Shown: positions 47,457-56,832 of the stretch, piece after piece | Layout of the letters: each line of letters begins with the position of its first letter | Position numbering within the stretch: position 1 is the stretch's first letter | Source: an uncultured Gammaproteobacteria bacterium | GTDB taxonomy: Bacteria > Patescibacteriota > Patescibacteriia > Magasanikbacterales > UBA922 | NCBI GenBank assembly: GCA_964345045.1 | Contig: CAYFPM010000003.1 | Span: 6,038-70,037 of the forward strand | DNA length: 64,000 nt | Reading direction: 5' to 3' | Translations under genes and position numbers: made by a program | Notes under the pieces: model-generated | Told to the model about the DNA's origin: nothing | Database searches by the model: none | The model's input: only the letters and a program-made list of their open reading frames with translations

Positions 47457-49235
47457 TTAGGTTTTCAATTCTTTCTTTTCTTCCTTTTGGGCAAACCACT
47501 TTTCTAGTTCGTTTGCTTCTTTGGAGTAAGAGCCAACTGGAAAATTTTTTTCTACATCTGTGGCTCCATTTTTGTTTAACTGAAATATAACAGTATTTAT
47601 TTTACTTTTTTTGTCTGGGACAACTCCTTCGTTCCACCAATACACATGACCAAGTTTGTCTCCAAACATAGACAAAAGTTGTTTTACTCCTCCGTCTAGT
47701 TGTCCTTTGTCAAATTTTAATTTTTCTTCTGGTGGAAAAAGTCCAAAACTAATCAAAACCAAAGCTCCATCTTTGGCTACTCTAATAATCTCGTCTACCA
47801 CCTTTTGGGCATTGTAAGAATAAGTAATAGTAGCTCCGGAAAAAACAGTGTCAAAAGTATTGTCTGCAAATTTCATGTCGTGCATGTCCATCATTTTTAT
47901 TTTTGGACTGTATGTAAACAAATCTATACCCTCGACATCTCTAAAACCTTGTGCTTCCAATAACAAAACTTCTCCTTCGTTTTTTGGACCAATCGAAAGT
48001 AACTTGCCTTTTTTGTTCAAAGTTGGCACAGAAAGCAAAGGATAAATTAATTTTTCCAATCTACCACGGCTAAACTGAAACAAACGCAAATTATCACGAA
48101 AATTGTGTTGGATCACATGACGATTGTGAGAAGTTTCCGGAGTCAAATTTATTTCGTCAATTTTTCCTTTTTTCTTGGCCAAAAAATAAAATAGACGTAA
48201 AACAAATTTGGACCACACTACAAATCTGGATTGGCGAAACCAATCTAAAAATGTACCCAAAAAAAGTGAATGATGTGGATAAAAAATCCTCCACCAACCT
48301 TTATGGTGTTTCATATAGCTAAGAGCTGGGATAAGGTGTCCGGCCAATGGAACTTTTTGTCCCAACCACTCTACCCAAACATTGTAGCCCGGACCACGAA
48401 AAACAGCCGGAACTGCAGGCTGGGTATGCTGTCCGCTCAAAATTGTGCCGGTTTTTTTGTTGACATGAAAAAACAAAGTTCCAAGAGTATTACCGGTATG
48501 GTTTACAGTCAAAGAACCTCTCCCGTCAGTTTTTTTGAGTAATTCTCTACCAGCTTGGCCAAAGTGAGTGTCTACATTTATCGCTACCGATCCAAATGGT
48601 TCCATGGTTACAGACTCACCAGTCAAACTTTCTCCTTGCAAATTGTGTAGAACCGGAGTAAAGCTAACTTTGTCGTAGTAATCTGCTTCGGTAGCATGAT
48701 TAAATACCGCTACTCTGGTTTGTACTTCTTCGCTATCGTGCACAGCCGAACAAAACATGACAAATCTTTTTTTATCTTTTTTTCCAGTTACATTAATGCT
48801 TTTGTGTCCGGCTGTTAAAATTTGTGCTGCCGAGTCTGGTCCCCACCAAGTAGACATGTGGTGCATGTGTTTGTTGTTTAGGGGAATTGTTTTGTCTTTG
48901 TTGGTTACCATGGCTTGGAAACTACCTTCAAATTGAGTAATGCCAGCTTTTTCCAATTCGGCATTGGCATCTAGATTCATCCATTCACCAGGAGCCAACT
49001 CTAACACGACTGGTTCCAAACCATTTGGCAAATTACCACTTTTGTCCAAAAGTAGTCCTACTACTATTTCTGTTTCATCTGTAGGATTTACATAACGAAA
49101 AGTGTTGCTATGTTCTATACCATCGACAAATACGTAACTAGAAAAAATACAAAGATCTTCTGGCTCCAAGTGTTTACGCCAATTGCGTTTATCTTTGTAA
49201 TTATTTGTTTCTAATTGTGTTTGAGTTTGGTCCAT
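47457..49235 (-). CDS. two-domain protein: uncharacterised N-terminal domain (about 390 aa) + C-terminal class I SAM methyltransferase
   Basis: C-terminal LLSIGPKNEGEVLLLEAQGFRDVEGIDL MTase motif I. The N-domain shares HMST and SLT(F/V)xNH blocks with the neighbouring 49241..50041 protein. Confidence 0.5.
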   Translation of the reverse strand: MDQTQTQLETNNYKDKRNWRKHLEPEDLCIFSSYVFVDGIEHSNTFRYVNPTDETEIVVGLLLDKSGNLPNGLEPVVLELAPGEWMNLDANAELEKAGITQFEGSFQAMVTNKDKTIPLNNKHMHHMSTWWGPDSAAQILTAGHKSINVTGKKDKKRFVMFCSAVHDSEEVQTRVAVFNHATEADYYDKVSFTPVLHNLQGESLTGESVTMEPFGSVAINVDTHFGQAGRELLKKTDGRGSLTVNHTGNTLGTLFFHVNKKTGTILSGQHTQPAVPAVFRGPGYNVWVEWLGQKVPLAGHLIPALSYMKHHKGWWRIFYPHHSLFLGTFLDWFRQSRFVVWSKFVLRLFYFLAKKKGKIDEINLTPETSHNRHVIQHNFRDNLRLFQFSRGRLEKLIYPLLSVPTLNKKGKLLSIGPKNEGEVLLLEAQGFRDVEGIDLFTYSPKIKMMDMHDMKFADNTFDTVFSGATITYSYNAQKVVDEIIRVAKDGALVLISFGLFPPEEKLKFDKGQLDGGVKQLLSMFGDKLGHVYWWNEGVVPDKKSKINTVIFQLNKNGATDVEKNFPVGSYSKEANELEKWFAQKEEKKELKT

Positions 49236-49240
49236 AAAAA

Positions 49241-50041
49241 TTACAAATGCTCTCCAAGAACATAAATATCATTGGTCTGGATCATAATTGGTCTATGCAA
49301 AATATTTTTTCCTACTATATGAATAGCATAAGGTTTGTCTTCTACATGTGCTTCTACTCCGGGCAAGTCTGTAAACAAATCTAATTTTCTACATTCCAAA
49401 CCATTTAGTGGATCCAAAGTAATAGTATGTTTTTTTCGTTCATGATTAATAAAAGTTAATGACACCGGACTACAACCTTTGTGACCATATTTTTGAAAGC
49501 GACAAGAACTACCCAAAATTAATTTTGGATAGAAATTTTTGGGAGTCATAATGCTAGTACTCATATGATCAAAATCAAAATGAGCAGCTTTGGGGGAACT
49601 TCCGAGGCAGTGTCCCATCAAGCGTTTTTGGGTACCAGGGATATAATATTCTGGAAAAAATATTGATCCATACTGTGTACTGATTATTTCTTTGCCATCT
49701 TTGTCTCTAATTTGGGTATGGATAATACCGTGTGTATCCAAACCTTCTATATCCGATACTTCTATAACAGCTGTTTCTGATTTGGAAAAAGTTCCTTCTT
49801 TGGTAGCCGCCAAATCTCCATTGGCTTTGTAAAATTTCATCTCCCATTCTACTCTAAAAGGGCCATCATTAAACAAAGGAAAATAATTATGCAAAAAAAC
49901 TCTGGTTTTGAAACCATAGTCATTTATATAGTAATTGATACACCCCTTGGAAAGAAGTTTTTTACAGGCTGTTAGAAGAGGGTTTTTTAATTTGGATTGT
50001 AAACTGTTCAAAAAAACCGGATTTTTGTCTACAGCACTCAT
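49241..50041 (-). CDS. hypothetical protein, paralogue of the N-domain of 47457..49235
   Basis: DFDHMSTSIMTPKN / SLTFINHERKK align with HMHHMSTWWGPD / SLTVNHTGNT in the neighbour. Confidence 0.4.
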   Translation of the reverse strand: MSAVDKNPVFLNSLQSKLKNPLLTACKKLLSKGCINYYINDYGFKTRVFLHNYFPLFNDGPFRVEWEMKFYKANGDLAATKEGTFSKSETAVIEVSDIEGLDTHGIIHTQIRDKDGKEIISTQYGSIFFPEYYIPGTQKRLMGHCLGSSPKAAHFDFDHMSTSIMTPKNFYPKLILGSSCRFQKYGHKGCSPVSLTFINHERKKHTITLDPLNGLECRKLDLFTDLPGVEAHVEDKPYAIHIVGKNILHRPIMIQTNDIYVLGEHL

Positions 50042-50101
50042 AATTATTCTTTAAGCCCTAGTATTCTACTTAGCCAGGCCAAGGCTGTCAAGAAATTTTT
50101 A

Positions 50102-50119
50102 CTATTTTTTAGGCAAAAA
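50102..50119. repeat. 18-bp direct repeat CTATTTTTTAGGCAAAAA (left copy) bracketing the 50.1-55.2 kb island
   Basis: Exact 18/18 match with 55226..55243. Each copy is itself part of an imperfect palindrome (CTATTTTTTaggcAAAAAATAG). Confidence 0.5.
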
Positions 50120-50270
50120 ATAGCTTTTCAATTCTTCAAAACCCCACAACCTATGTTATGGATTTTTGAAGGTGTTCAAGTCATTCTGTTTTGGAGAACA
50201 ACTTGAACAAAGAAAAGAACGTTTTTACAAGCTAGTTTCATCTGGATGATGAAGGTGGCTTGGTTTTGGT

Positions 50271-53200
50271 TTATGGCACAGCTTGCGGAGTTTCTCCCGG
50301 GCAGCAGAGAGCGCCATTGTCGGTAATATAGGTGCCCTGGGCGCAGCCATAGACCAGTGGCGCGCTTGGCGTACCTAGGTAGCGCAGTTCATTGCCCGAC
50401 CAGATTTCTACTCCGGTCACCGAGTTGGCATCCGGGGCATTGTACGAGCCACCAGTCCCCGGCCATTGATCGTAGACATGGGGAGGATTGGAGACGTAGG
50501 AGCACGTACTACAAATCTGATCGCTAGGGATACCCGAGACGTCGTTGCCATCGACCACACACGAAGCCAACCAGTATCTCCCAGTTGTTGGAATAGGCGT
50601 CGGTCCTCGGTAATGCAAGAACTCGGTCCAAGTGCACATATGCGAACCATTTCCGCAAGAGACATGGGCACTGCACTGGTCGAAGTTGGTACTCCAGCTA
50701 GATGTAGCACAGCCAACCATCATGCTGTCTGGGTAGACATCTTCGGTGTTGTAACCCGAGGCGCAAGTGGCCGGAGCGAGTGGAGCTGCTGCTCCAGAAT
50801 CTGGTTCGACTCCGGTGTCCGGAGTGCCGGTGTCAGGGGCTTCTCCAGAGTCTACGCTTCCACTATCTACTGTTGCTATTCCAGAATCTAGACTCCCGCT
50901 GTCGGTGATTCCCCCATCGCTGCTTGTGAAGATTTGAGGAGTGGCTCCGTAGCAACACAGGGCTCCGTTGTAGTCAACGTAGGTGCCTTGGGCACTGCCG
51001 TAGACAGCCGAAGTAGTTAGTGTTCCCAGGTGACGCGGGTCTCCATTGGGTCCCCAGATTTCTACGCCAGTGTAAGAGTTGGTGTTGGGGGCATTGAAGG
51101 CCACCCCACCTTCTTGCCACTGATCGTGGACATGAGGGGGATTGGAAACTTGGGCGCAAGAACTACAGATTTGGTCAGTCGGAGTGCCGGGGTTGTCGTC
51201 CCCATCAGTGACGCACGAGGCTAGCCAAAAGCGTTCTTGGGTGTAGACTTGGCTGCCGCCGCTGTAGTGATTGAACTCGCTCCAAGTGCACATATGGGAA
51301 TTGTCTCCACAAGAGACAGGGGCGTCGCACTGGTTGTAACCATTGCTCCAATTCAAGGTAGAGCAACCGATCATCATGCTTGTTCCAGGAATTGCTTCCG
51401 TGGGATGACCGGGAGCGCAAGTGGCTACTGCGGGGATACCGCTATCTGCTACTCCGGCGTCTACTTGAACGTTGGCTTGGCTGGCAGCTGGGAGAGGCGT
51501 AGTGCCTGGGCAACACATGGCGCCGTTTTCTGCAAGCGATGTGGGTTGAACCGAAGCATAGGCCAAAGGACCGCTCGACGAACCCAAACGACGACGTCCT
51601 GAACCTGGCCAGAGTTCTACACCGGCTACGGCATGAGGATCTGCATGCCCAAAGCTGGTACCGTCTTCGTGCCATTGATACTCAAAGTACATGGTCGAAG
51701 CGATGTTTTGGCAGTTGTAGCTACAAATCTCGTTGGTGGGCAAAGTCACCAGGGCTTCGGGGCTGTCGTGTACACAAGAGGCTAGCCAATACCGACCAAT
51801 GGCCGGAATGGGAGTGTTTCCACGGTAGTAGACATACTCGTCCCCAGTGCACATATGTGAGTTGCCTCCGCAAAAGCCGTTGGCTCGGCACTGGTTGCGT
51901 CCTTCTGTCTTTCCACCACAACCGACCATACCGGGAATAGCGTAGTCCGGGTTAGTGGTTTTCTCGTACCCTGCAGCACAACTGGCGTAGGTGATGCTGG
52001 GGTCGAGTGTGGGCGCGGTGCAGGTGCTGGTTTCTGTTGGCGAGACGCGTGGATCTTGGGTGCAGGTCTCGGTATTGACCAGTTCGCAAACGCGGTTGTG
52101 GGTATTGTCTACTCCACACTCTAGTGGGTAGGCAGAACAAACCCAGTCGTTGTCTGCTACGGTACACGACCGCATCGGGGTACAAGTGCTGGTCTCGGTA
52201 GGAGCCAGTCCCATGGTGTCGACACAAAGAACGTCGAGCTTTTGGCAGTCTCGACTTTGGGTGCCCAGGTAGTTGCAGCGGTCGTACTCGCCACAGCTCC
52301 AGTCATCTGCCGTACAGGGATCTGTGCTTTCTATGGCCGTAAGGCTTACGGCTCCGAGTTCCCTGACTTGGTTGGTGGCGGTATGGAGGCTTCGAGCCAG
52401 GATAGTGTAGTTTCCGGGGAGTGGATGCTCTAGGCTGACTCGGTGGTGGAGTTGTCCTTGGCCACCTCCGGTGGTGGGCACGGTGTAGGGGCCGGTGAGG
52501 AACGACAGGTCGTGTCGTTTGGCTCCGTTGTAGTAGACTTCGTAGTAGGTGTAGATGTCTCCGGGGGAGACGTTATGAATTTGAAAGTACAGGTAGTATT
52601 CCGGCCAGCCGGCGTAGATGGTGGTTGGCGGGATACATTCGTACTGGTTATTTATTTGGTTGTAGGTGGCATTTCCTTCGCAGAGGATGGCGGTGCCAGC
52701 CTGGCCAAAGCCAGTGCTCGAGGGATTGAGGTTGGCATCTGATCCGCTGGTTTGCAGGTGAAACAGGCTGGTGGAATCTAGCCCGTAGATGCCGGGTAGT
52801 GTAGACGTGGCTCCGAGGTAGGAACTAGTACACAGATTAGTTCCGGTGGAACTATTCTCTAGACAGTTCGTACCAGAGGGTGGATTGTTAGAACCGCTGG
52901 TAGCCACTTCGCAAACTCCCACTCCGCTGGGGAGGCCGTATCTTCCGCCTTGGGCAGGATTGCAGACTAGGCCGCTGGCACACTCCGTATCGCTCTCGCA
53001 GTGGCCCTCGCCAGCCTGGCACTGGCAGCCGCTGGAGCAATAGTAGTAATCTCCGTTTAGGTAGCCAGTGAGGCAGCGGGTGCCATCCGTGGCTCCGGGA
53101 ACGGATGCTAGTCTAAGTGCTCCTCCCTGGGGGTTGTATGCGAGATTGGACAAACCCGTATCTACCGTATAGGAAGGAATACCTCCAAGGGGGATTCTTT

Positions 53201-54284
53201 TTATTCGGTAATCGAACTCGAAACTGGGTTGGCTGGGCCAAGAAATTCCGCCTGTTTGGACGAACACTTCGAATCTCCATTTGGTCCAAACTTGTCCGGG
53301 TTGGCTATTGGCCAAAGCGTTATGGATTGTGATATTGGGCATCACATGTTTATAGATCACCAGAGTTCCATTGGAAACGCTGCTCCAGGCTGGATCCCAG
53401 TTAACGTTGATCCAGTTGGTCTCCTCGACCCATTCTCCTCGGCTTTCTTCTCCCCCGTTATCTGTTTCTCTATGTCCTACAACTCTAATACGTACCAGCT
53501 GGTCTCTCACACGCAGTTGGATTGCGGTGTAAGGGCTTTCGGTTTCGTAGAAGTCATAAAACGGAACCAGGGGATCGGAATCGTTCCCATCGTTTGACAA
53601 ACCTGCTCCAAATCTATTTGACAAGGGCAGGCAGCTTACGGGATTCCCAGAACTGTCTTGAGTGTAATGAACGCACGTCGTCGGGTTCGGGAGGATTGTG
53701 TAAGAAGCCGTTGGATTATACAAAGTATTGTTTGAAAGATATTGATTACCAGCAACCAAGTTGGCATATCCAGATATAGGCTCAGGTTTTACGCCTACAC
53801 CATTACAATACAATGCAAAATGCAAATGCATACCAGGACTCAGCGAACATGCAGATCCAGACACATTTCCAGTATTCCCAACAACTCCAATTTGCTGTCC
53901 CTGAAAAACATACTGACCATCTTGCACAAGCACACTATCAAGATGAGCATATCGAGTTTTGCACTCACCATGATTAATCAGAACAGCATTACCATAACCA
54001 CCGCTGTTTGGGGTGGGAACAGCGACAACTCCCTCTGCTGCAGCAAGAATGGGTTTCCCAATCGAATTGCAACCCGACTCAATAAAATCTACAGCATAAC
54101 GATCGTCAGAGGTGTCCCCACCATAATCGATATGAGAAGCAATATTATATCCTCTAGTAAGAATCCAACTCTCACCACTCGGGAACGGCAATCTCATATC
54201 CGGTACAGAGGCAGAGGCTTTCACAACAAAAAGCATCTGAATCTGAATAGCCAAGAGGATGGTTGAGATAACAAACCTATACAA
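50271..54284 (-). CDS. GC-rich giant secreted protein: N-terminal M23 (LytM-type) metallopeptidase + Cys-rich central region + three tandem about 170-aa Cys-rich repeats
   Basis: TTG start with AGGTAG upstream. Signal peptide ending VKASA. M23 motifs HIDYGGD (HxxxD) and GMHLHFALY (HxH). Three repeats each contain C..SHMCT..E(F/Y)..Y ... RYWLASCV ... GALCC. Strong GC and codon-usage contrast to flanks. Confidence 0.6.
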   Translation of the reverse strand: MYRFVISTILLAIQIQMLFVVKASASVPDMRLPFPSGESWILTRGYNIASHIDYGGDTSDDRYAVDFIESGCNSIGKPILAAAEGVVAVPTPNSGGYGNAVLINHGECKTRYAHLDSVLVQDGQYVFQGQQIGVVGNTGNVSGSACSLSPGMHLHFALYCNGVGVKPEPISGYANLVAGNQYLSNNTLYNPTASYTILPNPTTCVHYTQDSSGNPVSCLPLSNRFGAGLSNDGNDSDPLVPFYDFYETESPYTAIQLRVRDQLVRIRVVGHRETDNGGEESRGEWVEETNWINVNWDPAWSSVSNGTLVIYKHVMPNITIHNALANSQPGQVWTKWRFEVFVQTGGISWPSQPSFEFDYRIKRIPLGGIPSYTVDTGLSNLAYNPQGGALRLASVPGATDGTRCLTGYLNGDYYYCSSGCQCQAGEGHCESDTECASGLVCNPAQGGRYGLPSGVGVCEVATSGSNNPPSGTNCLENSSTGTNLCTSSYLGATSTLPGIYGLDSTSLFHLQTSGSDANLNPSSTGFGQAGTAILCEGNATYNQINNQYECIPPTTIYAGWPEYYLYFQIHNVSPGDIYTYYEVYYNGAKRHDLSFLTGPYTVPTTGGGQGQLHHRVSLEHPLPGNYTILARSLHTATNQVRELGAVSLTAIESTDPCTADDWSCGEYDRCNYLGTQSRDCQKLDVLCVDTMGLAPTETSTCTPMRSCTVADNDWVCSAYPLECGVDNTHNRVCELVNTETCTQDPRVSPTETSTCTAPTLDPSITYASCAAGYEKTTNPDYAIPGMVGCGGKTEGRNQCRANGFCGGNSHMCTGDEYVYYRGNTPIPAIGRYWLASCVHDSPEALVTLPTNEICSYNCQNIASTMYFEYQWHEDGTSFGHADPHAVAGVELWPGSGRRRLGSSSGPLAYASVQPTSLAENGAMCCPGTTPLPAASQANVQVDAGVADSGIPAVATCAPGHPTEAIPGTSMMIGCSTLNWSNGYNQCDAPVSCGDNSHMCTWSEFNHYSGGSQVYTQERFWLASCVTDGDDNPGTPTDQICSSCAQVSNPPHVHDQWQEGGVAFNAPNTNSYTGVEIWGPNGDPRHLGTLTTSAVYGSAQGTYVDYNGALCCYGATPQIFTSSDGGITDSGSLDSGIATVDSGSVDSGEAPDTGTPDTGVEPDSGAAAPLAPATCASGYNTEDVYPDSMMVGCATSSWSTNFDQCSAHVSCGNGSHMCTWTEFLHYRGPTPIPTTGRYWLASCVVDGNDVSGIPSDQICSTCSYVSNPPHVYDQWPGTGGSYNAPDANSVTGVEIWSGNELRYLGTPSAPLVYGCAQGTYITDNGALCCPGETPQAVP

Positions 54285-54379
54285 AACATCTACCTGCGCG
54301 GAATAGAAAACAAATGTCTTCTAACTACACACAGCGCTTGTGTGTAGTACAAAAAACATTTGAATTCCAAATAATTTAA

Positions 54380-55033
54380 TTATTTTATTGATGAAAAAAT
54401 ATTATTAGCGATATTTTTAATATCGTCAATTTTATCTAAACTATCCCCTGAAAAAACAAGTACAAAATTTCTTAGACCACTGTATTTTAAATAACCCGAA
54501 GAACCATAGATTACATTATTATCTTCCTTAATATAACCTCCAGAACCTAAAATCCTAAAAAACTTTTTACCTTTGATTTCTAAAAATTCGAATTCATCTA
54601 TGTCAATATGTTGCGAGAAAAATTTTTTTATATCATCTTCATTTTCATATAAGGGATTAAAATATATTGGCAAACCTTCCCCAATCCCTTCAGAAAAATC
54701 ATCCGAAAAAAAAGCTAAGTTCAATCTATGTTTATTATTTATATTATTAAAACTTATAAGTAATCTTTTCCCTTTATCAAACCCTTTTAACTCTTTCTGA
54801 ACACCCATTAATTCATACCCCCCCGGATACCGAAACCTAATCCCCAACTCTTCACTTTCAAAAGTCTTCCAATCACTAGTATCCACTTCATCACTACCAC
54901 CACTAACAATACTCTCTCCATTCAGCACTTTCTCACCCATCCCAAACAAACCATCTTCATAAAGATAAATACCAAAACCAAATACTAAGACAAGAATAAT
55001 TACGACTAAACCAATAACTTTAGATTTTTTCAT
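54380..55033 (-). CDS. membrane-anchored hypothetical protein (217 aa)
   Basis: N-terminal TM/signal anchor KVIGLVVIILVLVFGFGIYLY; no recognised domain. Confidence 0.4.
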   Translation of the reverse strand: MKKSKVIGLVVIILVLVFGFGIYLYEDGLFGMGEKVLNGESIVSGGSDEVDTSDWKTFESEELGIRFRYPGGYELMGVQKELKGFDKGKRLLISFNNINNKHRLNLAFFSDDFSEGIGEGLPIYFNPLYENEDDIKKFFSQHIDIDEFEFLEIKGKKFFRILGSGGYIKEDNNVIYGSSGYLKYSGLRNFVLVFSGDSLDKIDDIKNIANNIFSSIK

Positions 55034-55225
55034 ATAAATAGATTATACAAATAATTTAGAGTTCAATTATACCACGAAGCTACAAAGCTAGGGGAATAAA
55101 AAAATCTCCTTGGGCAGGAGGGTAACAATCTTCTCTATTTTCCCCTCCCTGTTATTTAGGGAGAAATTATCATGGGGTGAAAAAATTGTCAAGTTAACTA
55201 GAAACAAAATCCCCCAAAACCTCCC

Positions 55226-55243
55226 TATTTTTTAGGCAAAAAC
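55226..55243. repeat. 18-bp direct repeat CTATTTTTTAGGCAAAAA (right copy)
   Basis: Exact match with 50102..50119. Confidence 0.5.
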
Positions 55244-55257
55244 ATAGATATTTGCAA

Positions 55258-55286
55258 TTGACAATCACCCCTTATTTCTATATAAT
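55258..55286 (+). promoter_or_regulatory. sigma70-like promoter (TTGACA, 17 nt spacer, TATAAT)
   Basis: Perfect -35 and -10 hexamers with 17-nt spacing, about 50 nt upstream of the flippase gene. Confidence 0.45.
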
Positions 55287-55334
55287 TTCCGCATAAATTA
55301 CGAACAAAATAAGCAAAAAATTAAATAAAAAACT

Positions 55335-56831
55335 GTGACTGTAAGCAAATACCAAAAAGCCTACGACAAAAACAAAGAAGGCGTTTTGAACAAATCGATC
55401 CGAGCCGGCAAATGGCTAACCATAGATTTTTTTGTCCGCAAACTACTTAACTTTGCGCCTTTTTTTATTTTGGCCAGACTCCTTACCCCGGCCGACTTTG
55501 GAGCCTTGGCTATTATTTTGCTGGTTCCCAGATTTTTGCAATCCACCAGCGAGACCGGCCTGGCCACGGCAGCTATCCAAAAAGGAGGCGACCCTATAAA
55601 ATATCTCAATCCCATTTGGACTCTTAACATCCTCCGTAGCCTTATCATTGCCATTGTCGTATTTTTGGCTGGCCCTTATATTGCCAATTTTTACAATGCT
55701 CAATCCGTAGTCTGGCCAATTAGGTTTGGTGGAATTTTTATTGTTATCTACCAATTATCCAATATTGGTGAGATTTGGTTTACCAAAGAATTAGATTTCA
55801 AAAAAGTTTTTATAAGAAATACCATCAAAACAACTGTTTATGCAGTAGTAAGCGTTGGAGTAGCTCTTATTTATCCAAACTATTGGGCTTTGGTTATCGC
55901 TACCCTGGCTCTACACATTTCCGAAACCATCTCTACTTATTTTTTGCATCCGTATAGACCAAAACTATCGTTTGAATTTGGAAAACTAAAAGAACTAACC
56001 GGTTATAGCAAATGGATAGTCGGCCAGATCTGGCTAGAACAACTATACAATTTTGCCGAAAGCTCTATAGTAGCGCGCACCACCAATACCTCGGCTCTGG
56101 GTTTGCATAGCAAAGCTCGCAACCTGGCTTCTATAGCTCCCGGATCCGTAGCCTCGGTAATTACCATGATTAGTTTACCGGCTTATGCCAAGATCAAAGA
56201 GTCCAAAGAAAAAATCGTAGAAGGACTCAAAAAAAGTTTGGACTTACTTTTTGTATCTATTATTCCGGTAATTGTAGTTATGATTGTAGGTGGAGGCAAG
56301 ATTGTAGAGGTCTTACTTGGGGACCAATGGATCCCGATGACCAATCCTCTACGAATTTTCTTGGTCTTTTTTACTTTGTCTGCCCTAGTAGACATTGCTC
56401 ACAAACTTTTCAATGGCATTGGTTTTCCAGACAAAAAGGTAAAACTAGATACAGTCAAAATTGTAGTAACAGTTTTGCTATTACTTATCCTAACTCCAAA
56501 ATACGGAATCGTAGGAGCGGCCAGCGCCATTACTATTGGACTACTACCCTCTTTTGCACTTAGTGTTTGGTATTTGATAAAAATTACCGGTATTAGTTTG
56601 TGGAGTATTTCGGTAAGAATATTGTCTCCCTTGGCATTGTCTTTATTAGTTTTGTCTCCGGCTATTATTTGGAAAGATACTGTTTTAACTTATTCAAATC
56701 TGCTTTTACTTTTGCTAATTGCTCTAGGAGGAATAGTTTATGCAGGTATAATCTGGTTGGTAGGAATCAAATTCCAAAAAGGACCTTATAACACTATCAA
56801 ACTTATTCTTAAGACTTTACCGAAGACCTAG
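55335..56831 (+). CDS. Wzx-like oligosaccharide flippase (polysaccharide biosynthesis protein family)
   Basis: 498 aa with about 12-14 hydrophobic helices; N-terminal KWLTIDFFVRKLLNFAPFFILARLL typical of the PST family. Confidence 0.8.
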   Translation: MTVSKYQKAYDKNKEGVLNKSIRAGKWLTIDFFVRKLLNFAPFFILARLLTPADFGALAIILLVPRFLQSTSETGLATAAIQKGGDPIKYLNPIWTLNILRSLIIAIVVFLAGPYIANFYNAQSVVWPIRFGGIFIVIYQLSNIGEIWFTKELDFKKVFIRNTIKTTVYAVVSVGVALIYPNYWALVIATLALHISETISTYFLHPYRPKLSFEFGKLKELTGYSKWIVGQIWLEQLYNFAESSIVARTTNTSALGLHSKARNLASIAPGSVASVITMISLPAYAKIKESKEKIVEGLKKSLDLLFVSIIPVIVVMIVGGGKIVEVLLGDQWIPMTNPLRIFLVFFTLSALVDIAHKLFNGIGFPDKKVKLDTVKIVVTVLLLLILTPKYGIVGAASAITIGLLPSFALSVWYLIKITGISLWSISVRILSPLALSLLVLSPAIIWKDTVLTYSNLLLLLLIALGGIVYAGIIWLVGIKFQKGPYNTIKLILKTLPKT

Positions 56832-56832
56832 T

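Noticed and set aside
50417-54266. Dozens of 60-170-aa ORFs on both strands inside the M23 giant gene
   Set aside because: GC-rich shadow frames, Arg/Ser/Pro-rich nonsense translations; the 1337-aa frame explains the region.
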